Both the position numbers and the translations under genes were made by a program. A model generated the notes under the pieces. The model was not told where the DNA came from. It ran no database searches and saw only the letters and a program-made list of their open reading frames with translations. From Acidobacteriota bacterium (lineage in GTDB: Bacteria > Acidobacteriota > UBA890 > WLXD01), in the NCBI GenBank assembly GCA_963666215.2, contig CAXWPL010000004.1, positions 544,001 to 608,000 on the forward strand: DNA of 64,000 bases. The letters are read 5' to 3'. This document shows, one piece after another, positions 9,258 to 19,133 of the stretch (positions are counted from its first letter, which is position 1; the number at the start of each line of letters is the position of its first letter).

Positions 9258-12003
9258 GTGGCGACGTTCCCGCGCGGAAGGGAGGGGGCTGCAGAATTGC
9301 ACGAAGAGCCAACGCTTCGACCAGGGAAGTTAGGCCCGGGCACCCGGATCGGCAGCTACGAGATCGTCTCGGCTCTCGGGGCCGGCGGCATGGGCGAGGT
9401 ATGGCGAGCCCGCGATACCGAGCTCCAGCGCGACGTCGCGATCAAGGTGGTTCCTCACGAGCTGGCCGACGACGAAGCCGTTCTGCGCCGCTTCCGGCGC
9501 GAGGCGCGCATGTTGGCGGCGGTCAACCATCCCCATATCGCGACGATACACGCCGTCGAGGAGGCCGACGCCGTGCGCTTCATCGTCATGGAGCTGCTCG
9601 AGGGAGAGACGCTCCAGGCTCGACTCGAGCGCGGCGCGCTGCCGATGGACGAAGCGCTCGAGATCGCCAGGCAGACGGCCGAGGCACTCGAGGCGGCACA
9701 CGACCGCGGACTCGTACACCGCGATCTCAAGCCGGCGAACGTGTTCCTCACCACCGGTAGTCGGGTGAAGGTGCTCGATTTCGGCATCGCGAAGGACGTC
9801 GCAGCGAAGCGTGGCAAGGACGAGGTGACCAGAGCTTCCACCAGCCTGACGATGAGCGGCACGTTGCTCGGCACCGCTCCGTACATGAGCCCCGAGCAGA
9901 CACGCGGCATGTCGATCGACGTGCGCACCGACATCTGGGCCTTCGGGTGCGTCCTGTACGAGATGCTGACCGGCCGCAGGGCGTTCGCTGGCAGGCACGT
10001 ATCGGAAACGATGGCGGCCATCCTCAAAGAGGAACCCGACTGGAGCTTGTTGCCGCCGGAAACCCCCGCGCTCGTCACGTCGCTCCTTCGTCGATGTCTT
10101 CGCAAGGACCCCGATCGGCGCCTGCATCACATCGCGGACGCGCGTATCGAGATCGACGAAGCGACAGCACCCGACCCCCGGGAACCGGACGTTCTGGCAG
10201 CCGCGGCCAGCGAAGATCGCGCCGCTCCACTCTGGAGGAATGTGGCTCTTGCGCTGGGTGCGGTTGTGCTCGTTCTTGGCGGCTACCTGCTGGGCAGAAC
10301 CCGGACGCCGGCGGCCCCGGAGGTCTGGAACACGCGACAGATAACCCGTGGTCCGGCGATTGAAAGTCAGGCGAGCCTCGACCCGGCCGGCCAGTTCATC
10401 GTCTATACGAGCAACGAGCACGGCAACCTCGACATCTACTGGCAGCTCGTCGAGGGGGAGAACGTACAAAACCTGACCGACGATTCGGAAGCCGACGACC
10501 TCCAGCCAGCGATCTCGCCTGATGGATCAACCATTGCCTTCCGTTCGGAGCGCAGCGGAGGCGGCCTCTAGCGGAGGCGGCCTCTATCTGATGGGCGCGT
10601 TTGGCGAGAACCCGCACCGGCTGACACCTCGAGGCTACGATCCGGCTTGGACGCCCGACGGCGAATGGGTCGTTTTTGCCGACCGCGGGATCTTTCACCC
10701 CGGAAACCTGACGCTCAGCGGCCTCGCGATGGTCGAGGTCGACGACCCGACCCACATCGTGGAGATTCACGACAGCGGCTACCTACCCGTCGTCTCGCCC
10801 AACGGGCACCGGATCGCCTACTTCGACAGCACCGAGGGCGGTCAGCGAGACATCTACACGATACCGACGCGTGGGGGCGAGCCGGTGAAGGTGACCGACG
10901 ACGTCGCGCTCGACTGGGCGCCAGCGTGGGCACCCGATGGGCGGCGACTCTACTACTCGAGCGACCGGGGCGGAGTGGAGAACATCTGGTATGTCGAGAT
11001 CGACGAACGCTCCGGCGAGCCACGGGGCGAGCCGCAGCGGGCCGGGGCCAGCGAGGTCGACCAGGGGTGGCCATCGCTCTCTCGAAACGGTCAGTTGATC
11101 GCCTACACGTCGCGCCGACAGCAGATGAACCTGCATCGTGTGGCCTTCGACCCGCAGTCGCGCACCGTAGTCGGTGAGCCGCAGGCGATCACGCGCGGCG
11201 CAAATACGGTGATTCGATTCGACCTTTCTCCCGACGGCGAGTGGTTGGTGTACGGCAACCGCACCGGCCAACTCGACATTTTCCTCGTACGCGCCGACGG
11301 AAGCGGCGAGATCCAGCGACTGACCGATGACGAGCATCGCGACACGGGTCCCAGGTTCTCGCCGGACGGGCGCCAGATCGCTCTGGACTCCGACCGCGGA
11401 GGCTCGGCCGAGCTCTGGCTCATGGATGTCGAGTCTCGAAACCTGACCCAGCTCACCGCAGCCGGCGGCAGGTTTGTCCAGGACCCGGTGTTCTCGCCCG
11501 ACGGCTCCAAGCTGATGTACCGCGTTGGCGAGGGCGACGCCTACAACAACTACCTGATGTCACTGGATCAGGCATGGGACGCCCAGACGCCCGTGAAGCT
11601 CCCGACTCCGGAAAACGATTCCTTCCAACCGAGCTACTGGTCGCCGAACGGTTCGTGGGTAGTCGGGTGGACCTACGCTTTCTTGGATCCTCGCCTTTTG
11701 CTGTTCGACGTGGAGCGGCAAACCTACGAAGATCTCAGCGACTTTCGTGGCCATGCCCATCCCGCCTGGCTGGGCGACGATTACCTCGTCTTCGTCTCCA
11801 CAGCGGAGACCCGCGGCGTGACGACACGACGAGACGAGATGCTCGTGATGGATCGGCGCACCGGCACCACCGAGCGGCTTCTTGGTGATGGCGTGGACTG
11901 GACCTTCGAAGAGCAGATGGTCGCGTCTCCTGATGGTCGGTGGCTTTACTACATCCGTGCAGCCCTGGACTCGGATATCTGGCTGTTGACCCGGGCACAC
12001 TGA
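9258..12003 (+). pseudogene. Ser/Thr protein kinase with TM and PD40/TolB-like beta-propeller, frameshifted
   Basis: GAGGMGEV, HRDLKPAN, DFG, YMSPE motifs; PD40 repeats; frame broken by a 16-bp tandem duplication at 10555-10586. Confidence 0.85.
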
Positions 12004-12117
12004 GGCTGCACGTCGGCGTACCGCCTGGATGGCGGAACCACGACCGGCAACGTCGTACCGACGGCCCCTCTCTTGCTCGCCCAGTACGGCCTCTTCGTGC
12101 CTCACGGATTTCAAAGG

Positions 12118-12191
12118 CGCGCCCGGCAGGATTCGAACCTGCGACCTGCGGATTAGAAGTCCGCTACTCTATCCAGCTGAGCTACGGGCGC
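12118..12191 (-). tRNA. tRNA-Arg(TCT)
   Basis: GCGCCCG/CGGGCGC acceptor, AGCTCAGCTGGATAGAG D arm, GCGGA-CTTCTAA-TCCGC anticodon arm, GGTTCGAATCC T arm; CCA not encoded. Confidence 0.95.
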
Positions 12192-12206
12192 GTGAAGCGT
12201 AACTAC

Positions 12207-13382
12207 CTATTTATCAGAGGCTTGGGAAGAATCGGCGAAGTCCAAGACGCGGCCTGATTCGGCTGACCTTCCCTTTCCCTTCCCCGTCAGCTTCCCGAGC
12301 GCGCTCCTCAGATCGGCCTCGTTTGCGACGGCATACCTGTCGAACACGGAGCGCGTCGTGTGACCGCTGATCTTCATTGCGACCGTGTCGGGCACCCCGG
12401 CCCTGACCATGTTGCGGATCGCCGTCCGGCGAAAGTCATGCAGCAGCTTGCCCGGGCAGCCCGCAGCTTTGCAAGCCGACTTCCACGCCTTGCGGAAGCC
12501 CTTGATCTCGGCCCCGTCGCGGTGAAAGACATGAGGGCAGAGCACGCCCTCGGCGGCCAGGCGCCGGTGCTCCTCCCATTGCCGCTCGATGACGTCGACG
12601 AGCTCGGGCAATAGATCGTAGGGCAGGTTGCGACCCTCTTTGTTCTTGGTGGTGCCAGGCTCGAGGCGGATCGTCCGGGACCGACGATCTACCTGTCCCC
12701 AGGTCAGCGGAAGGACCTCCGACGGAATCCTCCATCCCGTGAAATACGCAAAGGTGATGATGGACTGTAGCGGCGCCGGCAGATGCTCCTGCACGGCCTC
12801 GAATTCCTCCCGCTCGAAGAAGCCGGTGCGGACATTGTCCTCTTTCAACATCGGGATGTGCGGCACGTGCAGGAGTGTGCCGGCCTGTAGGGCGAGCGTG
12901 AAGGCTCTCTTGAGCGCAGCGAGCTCACGGTTGATCGTTGCTGCTGCGGCGCCGGGCTTCTCGGTTCCGTCTTCGAGCCTGATCGGTGCTTGGCGGCTGG
13001 CGACGTACCTACGAACGTCCGCGGTCGCAATGGACGCCATCCGTCGACCGCCGAAGAACGGTTTCAGGTGGAGCCGAATCCGGGTTTCGACGTCACCGAG
13101 CGACCGCTTGCCGTTGACCCGGTAGTCGGTGATGACGTCGGCCGCGGCTTCGTCGAATCGAAGCCGACCGACCTTTGCGGAGACGGGAACGCCCTCCGCA
13201 ACCTTGCCCTCCCGGATCTTCAACAGACGTTGAGCTTCGCCCTTTCTCGTGGTGTGGGAGCTCTCCTCGTGGCGGCGGCCGTCGCGGTAATAACGTAGCC
13301 ACCAGATGCTCGACGTTCGCCGTACCTTCTTGCCAGTCTCCGAGTCGGTGACATAGTAGTACGGTCTGCGGACTTCGCCCAT
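12207..13382 (-). CDS. int: Tyrosine recombinase / integrase
   Basis: TGWR, HDFRR, SGH, and catalytic Y in FDRY; ends 15 bp from the tRNA. Confidence 0.95.
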   Translation of the reverse strand: MGEVRRPYYYVTDSETGKKVRRTSSIWWLRYYRDGRRHEESSHTTRKGEAQRLLKIREGKVAEGVPVSAKVGRLRFDEAAADVITDYRVNGKRSLGDVETRIRLHLKPFFGGRRMASIATADVRRYVASRQAPIRLEDGTEKPGAAAATINRELAALKRAFTLALQAGTLLHVPHIPMLKEDNVRTGFFEREEFEAVQEHLPAPLQSIITFAYFTGWRIPSEVLPLTWGQVDRRSRTIRLEPGTTKNKEGRNLPYDLLPELVDVIERQWEEHRRLAAEGVLCPHVFHRDGAEIKGFRKAWKSACKAAGCPGKLLHDFRRTAIRNMVRAGVPDTVAMKISGHTTRSVFDRYAVANEADLRSALGKLTGKGKGRSAESGRVLDFADSSQASDK

Positions 13383-13404
13383 TTACTTCCTTCCTTTCGA
13401 TTCC

Positions 13405-14022
13405 CTAACGGAGCCCAATGTTGACGATAGTGTTGATCGCGGAAAGCAGTTCTGGGTCTGCATCGAGAATCTGACCTTCACCGGCGAGACGCACAATGAT
13501 TCGCCAACGTTTCGACTTCCTGAACGCGGCAAGCTGGCCCTCCCAAAAGTCACGGTCGCCAAGATCATCTTCTGGCGAATCCGCGTCTGATCCGGCTCGC
13601 GTTCTCCTCAACCCCAGATTCGCGAGCGTGCTCTCGATCCATGCGCGTTCGGCGAGAGAAATGGAACCGCCGCGCTCGGCGAAGACTTCCTTCAAGGTAT
13701 CCGGCCAGTCGCCCAAGCTGTGATACTCGACCGTCTCGCCGAGCAGTTCGCAGAGGGAGCAATCTAGGGCGACCGCGAGGGCCTCGAGCGTTTCCACCTT
13801 CGGCGATTCTGCAGTCTTTGGGTTCTCGAGCCGGGACAACGTCGACGGCCCGACCTTCGATTTCTTTGCCAGCTTGCGAAGCGACAAGCCGTGCTCCTCG
13901 CGCGCTCTTTTCAGAGCCTTGGCAATCAGTTGAGCCCTGCTCTGCATCCGCCCTTCTGCTGAGATTTGTTTGTTGTGTGCCATAAACAGTAGCGTCTTAC
14001 GTGCTACGAACGGTTGCACCAT
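13405..14022 (-). CDS. XRE-family HTH repressor
   Basis: LKRAREEHGLSLRKLAKKSKVGPSTLSRLEN; divergent from cro-like gene; true start probably near 13983 or 13947. Confidence 0.85.
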   Translation of the reverse strand: MVQPFVARKTLLFMAHNKQISAEGRMQSRAQLIAKALKRAREEHGLSLRKLAKKSKVGPSTLSRLENPKTAESPKVETLEALAVALDCSLCELLGETVEYHSLGDWPDTLKEVFAERGGSISLAERAWIESTLANLGLRRTRAGSDADSPEDDLGDRDFWEGQLAAFRKSKRWRIIVRLAGEGQILDADPELLSAINTIVNIGLR

Positions 14023-14106
14023 CGCTACGTCCGTGTATTACTAACGATAGCAGGAATCGTGCCATGTGTAAACACGGACCTGAGAGCAGAACGAGGCGCA
14101 AGGGGA

Positions 14107-14340
14107 ATGACGGCGACTGAGGCGGTAATAGTCCGAGCCCGACACCGTCTCCGCGCGACCCCGGCGACGGCCCGCGTGATGCGACAGGAAGCGGGCCTAA
14201 GCCAGCAAGACGTTGCCGACGTGCTCAGCGTAACCCGTGCCGCTGTGTCGCGATGGGAGCGGGGGTCACGACTTCCCAGCGGCCCACGAGCTGTTGACTA
14301 CATCCGTTTCTTTAAGCGCGCCTGCGGGGGCACACCATGA
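14107..14340 (+). CDS. Cro-like XRE HTH protein
   Basis: RQEAGLSQQDVADVLSVTRAAVSRWERG. Confidence 0.85.
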   Translation: MTATEAVIVRARHRLRATPATARVMRQEAGLSQQDVADVLSVTRAAVSRWERGSRLPSGPRAVDYIRFFKRACGGTP

Positions 14341-14531
14341 GCGCCTCGCCAAAACGCCTCCTCCGGCTTCTGACCGTCCGCGCCATTGCTTCGGCGAGCA
14401 CGATCCCGCCGTCGACGATTTATCGCTACGTGGCTTCGGGGGATCTCGTTCACTACCGGCTGGGTAAAAGCGTGCGCATCGCTGAGGAAGATTGGGACAA
14501 GTTCATCCAGGCGCGGCGCGAGGCCTCATGA
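14337..14531 (+). CDS. Excisionase-like HTH protein
   Basis: LLTV...PSTIYRYVASGDLVHYRLGKSVRI, HTH_17-type pattern; ATGA overlap. Confidence 0.8.
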   Translation: MSASPKRLLRLLTVRAIASASTIPPSTIYRYVASGDLVHYRLGKSVRIAEEDWDKFIQARREAS

Positions 14532-16222
14532 CATCGACGGTCGACACCCGCTCGATGCCCGCGGACCTCGAGGCCGAGCGGGCGATTCTCGGCGCGGTGC
14601 TACTGGCGCCGAGTTCGATCGACGAGATTGCCAGAATTGTGGTCTCGGAGGTGTTCTCCTCGGATGCCAACCGCATCATCTTCGAGACGATGCTCGTCCT
14701 TCATCGGAACGGCAGTCCGATTGAACTGACCACGCTCCGCAGCGAGCTCGCGGACCGTGACGCGCTCGAGCTCGCCGGCGGCGCCGCCTACATTTCCAGC
14801 CTGATCGATGGCTTGCCGTCTGCGGTGAACGTCCAGCACTATGCCGACATCATCAAGAGCAAGGCGAGGCTGCGTACCATCGCCAATGCCGCCAACGCGG
14901 TGCTCTCCTCGGCGATGAACGGCGTCAAGGATCTCGACGATCGCCTGGCGCAGTTGGCTGTCAGTGCCTGGGCCGAGACGGAACACTCCGCCGAGTTCGA
15001 GCGTCTCGAGGAGGGTCGCTACCGCTTGACCGAGTCGCGCTTCGGAATCGGGATCGAGGCCGACCACCTGCGTCGCGAGCGCGGCCAGCTGTACGGTGAG
15101 GTGACTACCAAGTGCGCGATCGGGGGGGGGGCTCGGACTACCGGCGATGGCATTTTGTCGAGTGGCAATGTGAACCTCTCGAGCCAGCAGGTCCGCGACA
15201 CTCAAGGCAAGTACCTCGCGGCGCGTGCCCGGATAGGGACCGAACTCGACTGGACTGGGCTGCTCGAGGAGTTCTGTCATCGTGTCCTAACGGCAGAGCG
15301 TCAAGGTGACCCGGCGGTTTCGCTGCGTGACGTTCAGCTGCCCTCGACCGCTGACGAGATGGTGGTCGATATCGACGGACTTGCCGTCTTGCTGCGGCAC
15401 CCGGCCATCATCTACGGCGATGGGGGCGTGCTGAAGTCCATGCTCGTGCTCTACATCCTGGGCCGCCTGGCGCAGCGTGGTATCCGCGTTCTGTTCTGCG
15501 ATTGGGAGCTCGATGCTGCCGACCATCGCAGTCGCCTCGAGCAGCTGTTCGGTGACGCGATGCCGGACGTTGCGTACCTACGGTGTGACCGTCCTCTAGT
15601 GCAGATGGTGGACCAAGTACGTCGGACAGTGCGTGACCAGGGCATGCAGTTCGTCGCCTTCGATTCGATCGGCATGGCGTGCGACGGGCCGCCAGAAAGC
15701 GCCGAGACAGCCATGCGCTACATGCAGTCGGTACGGCGACTCGGGGAGATTGGCAGCCTGCATGTCGGACACGTCAGCAAAGGTGAGGATGCCCATCGCA
15801 AACCATTCGGCTCCGTGTACTGGCACAACACTGCGAGAGCAACATGGAACGCCAAGCTTGCTGAGGGTGGCTTTGATGAGGGGCGGGTCACGATCGGGCT
15901 GTACAACAAGAAGGCAAATCTCGGACCGAGGCAACAAGCAGTGGGATTCGAGTTCGCCTTCGGCGCAGACGGCACACAGGTTCGTCGTGTGGACCTGGCT
16001 GAAGTAGACGACCTGGCTGCGGAGCTCCCCCTACACCAGCGTCTCCGCACGTACCTGAAACACGGGGCAAGGACCCGCGACCAGATTTCGGCACACTTCG
16101 AGGACGTCAAATCCTCGACGCTTAGATCGGCGCTGCATAGGGGTACGAAGCGAGGGCAGCTCGTCCAATTCCCAGCTCCCGATGGCGACAAAATCGGCCT
16201 CTCCAAGGAGCCTCAATCATGA
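14528..16222 (+). CDS. Replication protein: DnaB N-terminal domain plus RecA-like AAA helicase
   Basis: PADLEAERAILGAVL (DnaB-N); YGDGGVLKS Walker A; VAFDS Walker B; HVSK and PFGS motifs. Confidence 0.75.
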   Translation: MTSTVDTRSMPADLEAERAILGAVLLAPSSIDEIARIVVSEVFSSDANRIIFETMLVLHRNGSPIELTTLRSELADRDALELAGGAAYISSLIDGLPSAVNVQHYADIIKSKARLRTIANAANAVLSSAMNGVKDLDDRLAQLAVSAWAETEHSAEFERLEEGRYRLTESRFGIGIEADHLRRERGQLYGEVTTKCAIGGGARTTGDGILSSGNVNLSSQQVRDTQGKYLAARARIGTELDWTGLLEEFCHRVLTAERQGDPAVSLRDVQLPSTADEMVVDIDGLAVLLRHPAIIYGDGGVLKSMLVLYILGRLAQRGIRVLFCDWELDAADHRSRLEQLFGDAMPDVAYLRCDRPLVQMVDQVRRTVRDQGMQFVAFDSIGMACDGPPESAETAMRYMQSVRRLGEIGSLHVGHVSKGEDAHRKPFGSVYWHNTARATWNAKLAEGGFDEGRVTIGLYNKKANLGPRQQAVGFEFAFGADGTQVRRVDLAEVDDLAAELPLHQRLRTYLKHGARTRDQISAHFEDVKSSTLRSALHRGTKRGQLVQFPAPDGDKIGLSKEPQS

Positions 16223-16432
16223 GTGTTGCACGCTGCAACGCCCCTGCAACGCGCATGAGCGTTGCAATTGGGGACGGGGTGCAACGCTTGAGCACACGAG
16301 AGCCGAGAAGCGCCCTAGCGGCGGGGACTTTCTTGGGCGTTGCAGTTGCAACAGAAGAGCGTTGCAGCTTTTCCGTATTGCAACGCGTTTGCACACCCAC
16401 CCCCTTTAGGGGGTGGTGCAACGCGCAACGGG
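16222..16432. repeat. Iteron cluster, putative replication origin
   Basis: About 11 TGCAAC/GTTGCA-type motifs in both orientations plus palindrome CCACCCCC-TTTA-GGGGGTGG. Confidence 0.7.
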
Positions 16433-16605
16433 GACAGAAACCGAACAGACCCTCAAACGAGCCGAGATTCGCGTGGAGGCTTGGACTCGTCGTAAGTCCT
16501 TACGTGTCAATAATTGACAAGCGACACACGGCCTCTTTTGCTCGGATCTCACGCTCCCCGGAAAGGGAAGGTTTCGGGGAAGGTGGGAGAGAGTAGCGGC
16601 TGTAA

Positions 16606-17172
16606 ATGGTTGAGCATAAATATATTCCAGATGCCGACGCAACGGATTCACAATCCTCTGCGCCCGCTATCGAGCGTCCTAATCCACCGTCTGACACAGC
16701 CGAAACCTCCGGTCCGGAGACGGTCCGTTGCCGCAGCCGCAGCTGCGGCTGGGAGGGCGACCCTTCCGAAGCCGGCAAGGGCAGCTGCCCGAAGTGTGGA
16801 TGTTTCCTCCCGACGAACACCGTTGCGCTGATCCATGGTGGTCGGAGTCTTGCGGCACGGAGCGGGACGGCGCTCGACCCGGCTGAGTATGTCGCCATCC
16901 GCGACGCCGTGCTCGATGACCTCGGCGGCGAGGCCGAAGTGTCGACGGCCATGTACGAGCTCGTCTGCCTCTTTGCTGCCGCGTGTGTGCTGTGCAAGGT
17001 CATGTGGCGGCACATCGAAGCGACGGGCCCTCTGACCAAGGTCGGTCGCAAGCGAGCTTGCGTCGATCTCTACTTGGCCGCCAGCACACGAGCCGATCGC
17101 CTCGCGAAGCAGATCGGGACAGATCGCCGGGCCGTGAGGGCGACGCTGGCGGAGGTCATGGCCGATGAGTAG
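16606..17172 (+). CDS. Putative terminase small subunit with Zn-ribbon
   Basis: CRSRSC...CPKC, NTVALIHGGRS motif, helical C-terminus; overlaps terL start. Confidence 0.5.
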   Translation: MVEHKYIPDADATDSQSSAPAIERPNPPSDTAETSGPETVRCRSRSCGWEGDPSEAGKGSCPKCGCFLPTNTVALIHGGRSLAARSGTALDPAEYVAIRDAVLDDLGGEAEVSTAMYELVCLFAAACVLCKVMWRHIEATGPLTKVGRKRACVDLYLAASTRADRLAKQIGTDRRAVRATLAEVMADE

Positions 17173-18763
17173 CCGCCCGATCCTGACGCTGATGTCGAAG
17201 GTGCTCGGCAACCAGTTCGCCGGCGAGACGTGGGACGGCTGGCGTGTGCTGTTGAAAGCCATGTTCGCTCTGCCCCTCACCGACGCCGAGCTCGAGGCAT
17301 TCGAGGAGCTCACGGGCAGGTCGACGGCGCCGACCGTTCCGGCCCGCGAGGTGTGGGCGATCGCCGGTCGGCGCGGTGGCAAGAGCATCATCGCGGCGCT
17401 GGTGGCCGTGTACCTGACCACGTGCCGGACGTACAAGCTCGCTCGAGGTGAGGTAGGCACCTTCATGGTGATCGCCGCCGACCGCCGACAGGCGCGTGTC
17501 GTAGCTCGATACATCAAGGGTCTGCTCCACTCGACGCCGGTGCTCGAGCAGCTCATCGCACACGAGACGAAGACGGAGATCCAACTCGCCAACGGCCTGT
17601 CGATCGAGATCCATTCGGCAAGTTTCAGAAGCGTGCGCGGCTACACGGTTGTCGGCGCCATCCTCGACGAGATCGCGTTTTGGCCGACGGACGACGCAGC
17701 GAATCCGGACCGCGAGATCCTCGCCGCGTTGCGTCCCGCGATGGCCACCGTGCCGGGGGCGATGTTGCTATGCGTGTCGAGCCCCTACGCCCGCAAAGGC
17801 GAGCTCTACCGGGCACACCGTCATCACTACGGAGTCGACGGTGACGTGCTGGTGGTACAGGCCGAGACACGTCTGCTGAATCCAGCCGTTCCCCAGGAGA
17901 TCATCGACCGGGCTTATGAGGCGGATCCGGTTGCCGCCGCGGCCGAATACGGGGCGCAGTTCCGCAGTGACGTCTCTGAGTTCATTTCCCGCGAGGTCGT
18001 CGATGGCTGCACAGTGCCCGGGCGGCACGAGCTACCGCCCGTGCGCGGCGTGTCATATGTCGCCTTCATCGATTTCGCCGGAGGCTCCGGGCAGGACTCC
18101 GCCACGCTGGCCATCGCGCACCTTGAGAAGCGGGACGGACGCAGCGTAGCGGTACTGGACCTGGTGCGAGAGGTCCGGCCGCCGTTCTCTCCGGAGCAGG
18201 TGTGTCGCGACTTCGCCGGCGATCTGAAGCGCTACCGGGTCACCCGCGCGACAGCCGATCGCTACGCTGCCGACTTCGCGACAGAGGCGATGAGACGGCA
18301 GGGGATCGACCTCAAGGCGGCAGACAAGGCGAAGGCCGATCTGTACCGTGAGTTCTTGCCTGCGCTCAACAGTGGCGGCATCGAGCTGCTAGATCTGCCG
18401 CGACTAGCAGCCCAGCTCGGTGGCCTCGAGAGGCGTGTGGCCCGTGGTGGCCGCGACAGCATAGATCATGCTCCCGGCGGCCACGATGACGTCGCCAACG
18501 CTGTCGCCGGTGCGCTGGTTGCGATAGCGGAAGGGAAGCGCCGGCGCTGGGGCATCGTCCTGAGCGCAAGAGAGACCGCCGCGACGGGTTGCGCCGATAC
18601 GAGCTCGCTCGCCGAGCGCGCACGACAACTCGGCGTCAGTGGCAGTTGGGATGAAATGTTCCGCGCCGTGGCACGTGCCCACGGGGGCGAGCAACAGCAG
18701 GCCGGAAGCTCGGCAGAAGAAGAATTCATCCCCGGCGGACCGCAGCGCATCGGGATGCTCTGA
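17165..18763 (+). CDS. terL: Terminase large subunit
   Basis: AGRRGGKS Walker A, ILDEIAFW Walker B, VSSP coupling motif, nuclease acidic residues FID...D and HDD. Confidence 0.85.
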   Translation: MSSRPILTLMSKVLGNQFAGETWDGWRVLLKAMFALPLTDAELEAFEELTGRSTAPTVPAREVWAIAGRRGGKSIIAALVAVYLTTCRTYKLARGEVGTFMVIAADRRQARVVARYIKGLLHSTPVLEQLIAHETKTEIQLANGLSIEIHSASFRSVRGYTVVGAILDEIAFWPTDDAANPDREILAALRPAMATVPGAMLLCVSSPYARKGELYRAHRHHYGVDGDVLVVQAETRLLNPAVPQEIIDRAYEADPVAAAAEYGAQFRSDVSEFISREVVDGCTVPGRHELPPVRGVSYVAFIDFAGGSGQDSATLAIAHLEKRDGRSVAVLDLVREVRPPFSPEQVCRDFAGDLKRYRVTRATADRYAADFATEAMRRQGIDLKAADKAKADLYREFLPALNSGGIELLDLPRLAAQLGGLERRVARGGRDSIDHAPGGHDDVANAVAGALVAIAEGKRRRWGIVLSARETAATGCADTSSLAERARQLGVSGSWDEMFRAVARAHGGEQQQAGSSAEEEFIPGGPQRIGML

Positions 18764-18764
18764 A

Positions 18765-19133
18765 ATGACGAAGGCGCATGCAACGCTGTCGGCCAGCATA
18801 GGCTCACCGGCGAAGAAGTCGCCGCACGTGTTGAAAGCGGCGTTGAAGGGCATTCTGTCGCGACCCACGCGCTGGCACCTGCGCCGAGTCGGCAAGTTCC
18901 CGGAGCCGATCAAGGCGACTGCCGAGCGCTCCCTGCACTGGGCCACAGACATCAACGCCTGGATGGATGACCCGCGGGAGTGGGGCGCGGAAACACGGGC
19001 GGGGGACTTCGTGAGTCGCCCTCGTCGCGGCGGATGGTTGGTAACTTGCCCGTGCTGCGGGGCGAACGAGGGGGCGGAGTTCGCGGACATTTGGGCAGGC
19101 GCAGAACTGAGCTCTTCTGCGAGGACGCAATGA
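18765..19133 (+). CDS. AlpA-like regulator
   Basis: GILSRPTRWHLRRVGKFPEPIK...W...DINAWM matches the AlpA pattern. Confidence 0.55.
   Translation: MTKAHATLSASIGSPAKKSPHVLKAALKGILSRPTRWHLRRVGKFPEPIKATAERSLHWATDINAWMDDPREWGAETRAGDFVSRPRRGGWLVTCPCCGANEGAEFADIWAGAELSSSARTQ

Noticed and set aside
16222-16432. CRISPR array
   Set aside because: Motifs are 6-7 bp, in both orientations and irregularly spaced; no cas genes or CRISPR-like array seen anywhere in the window
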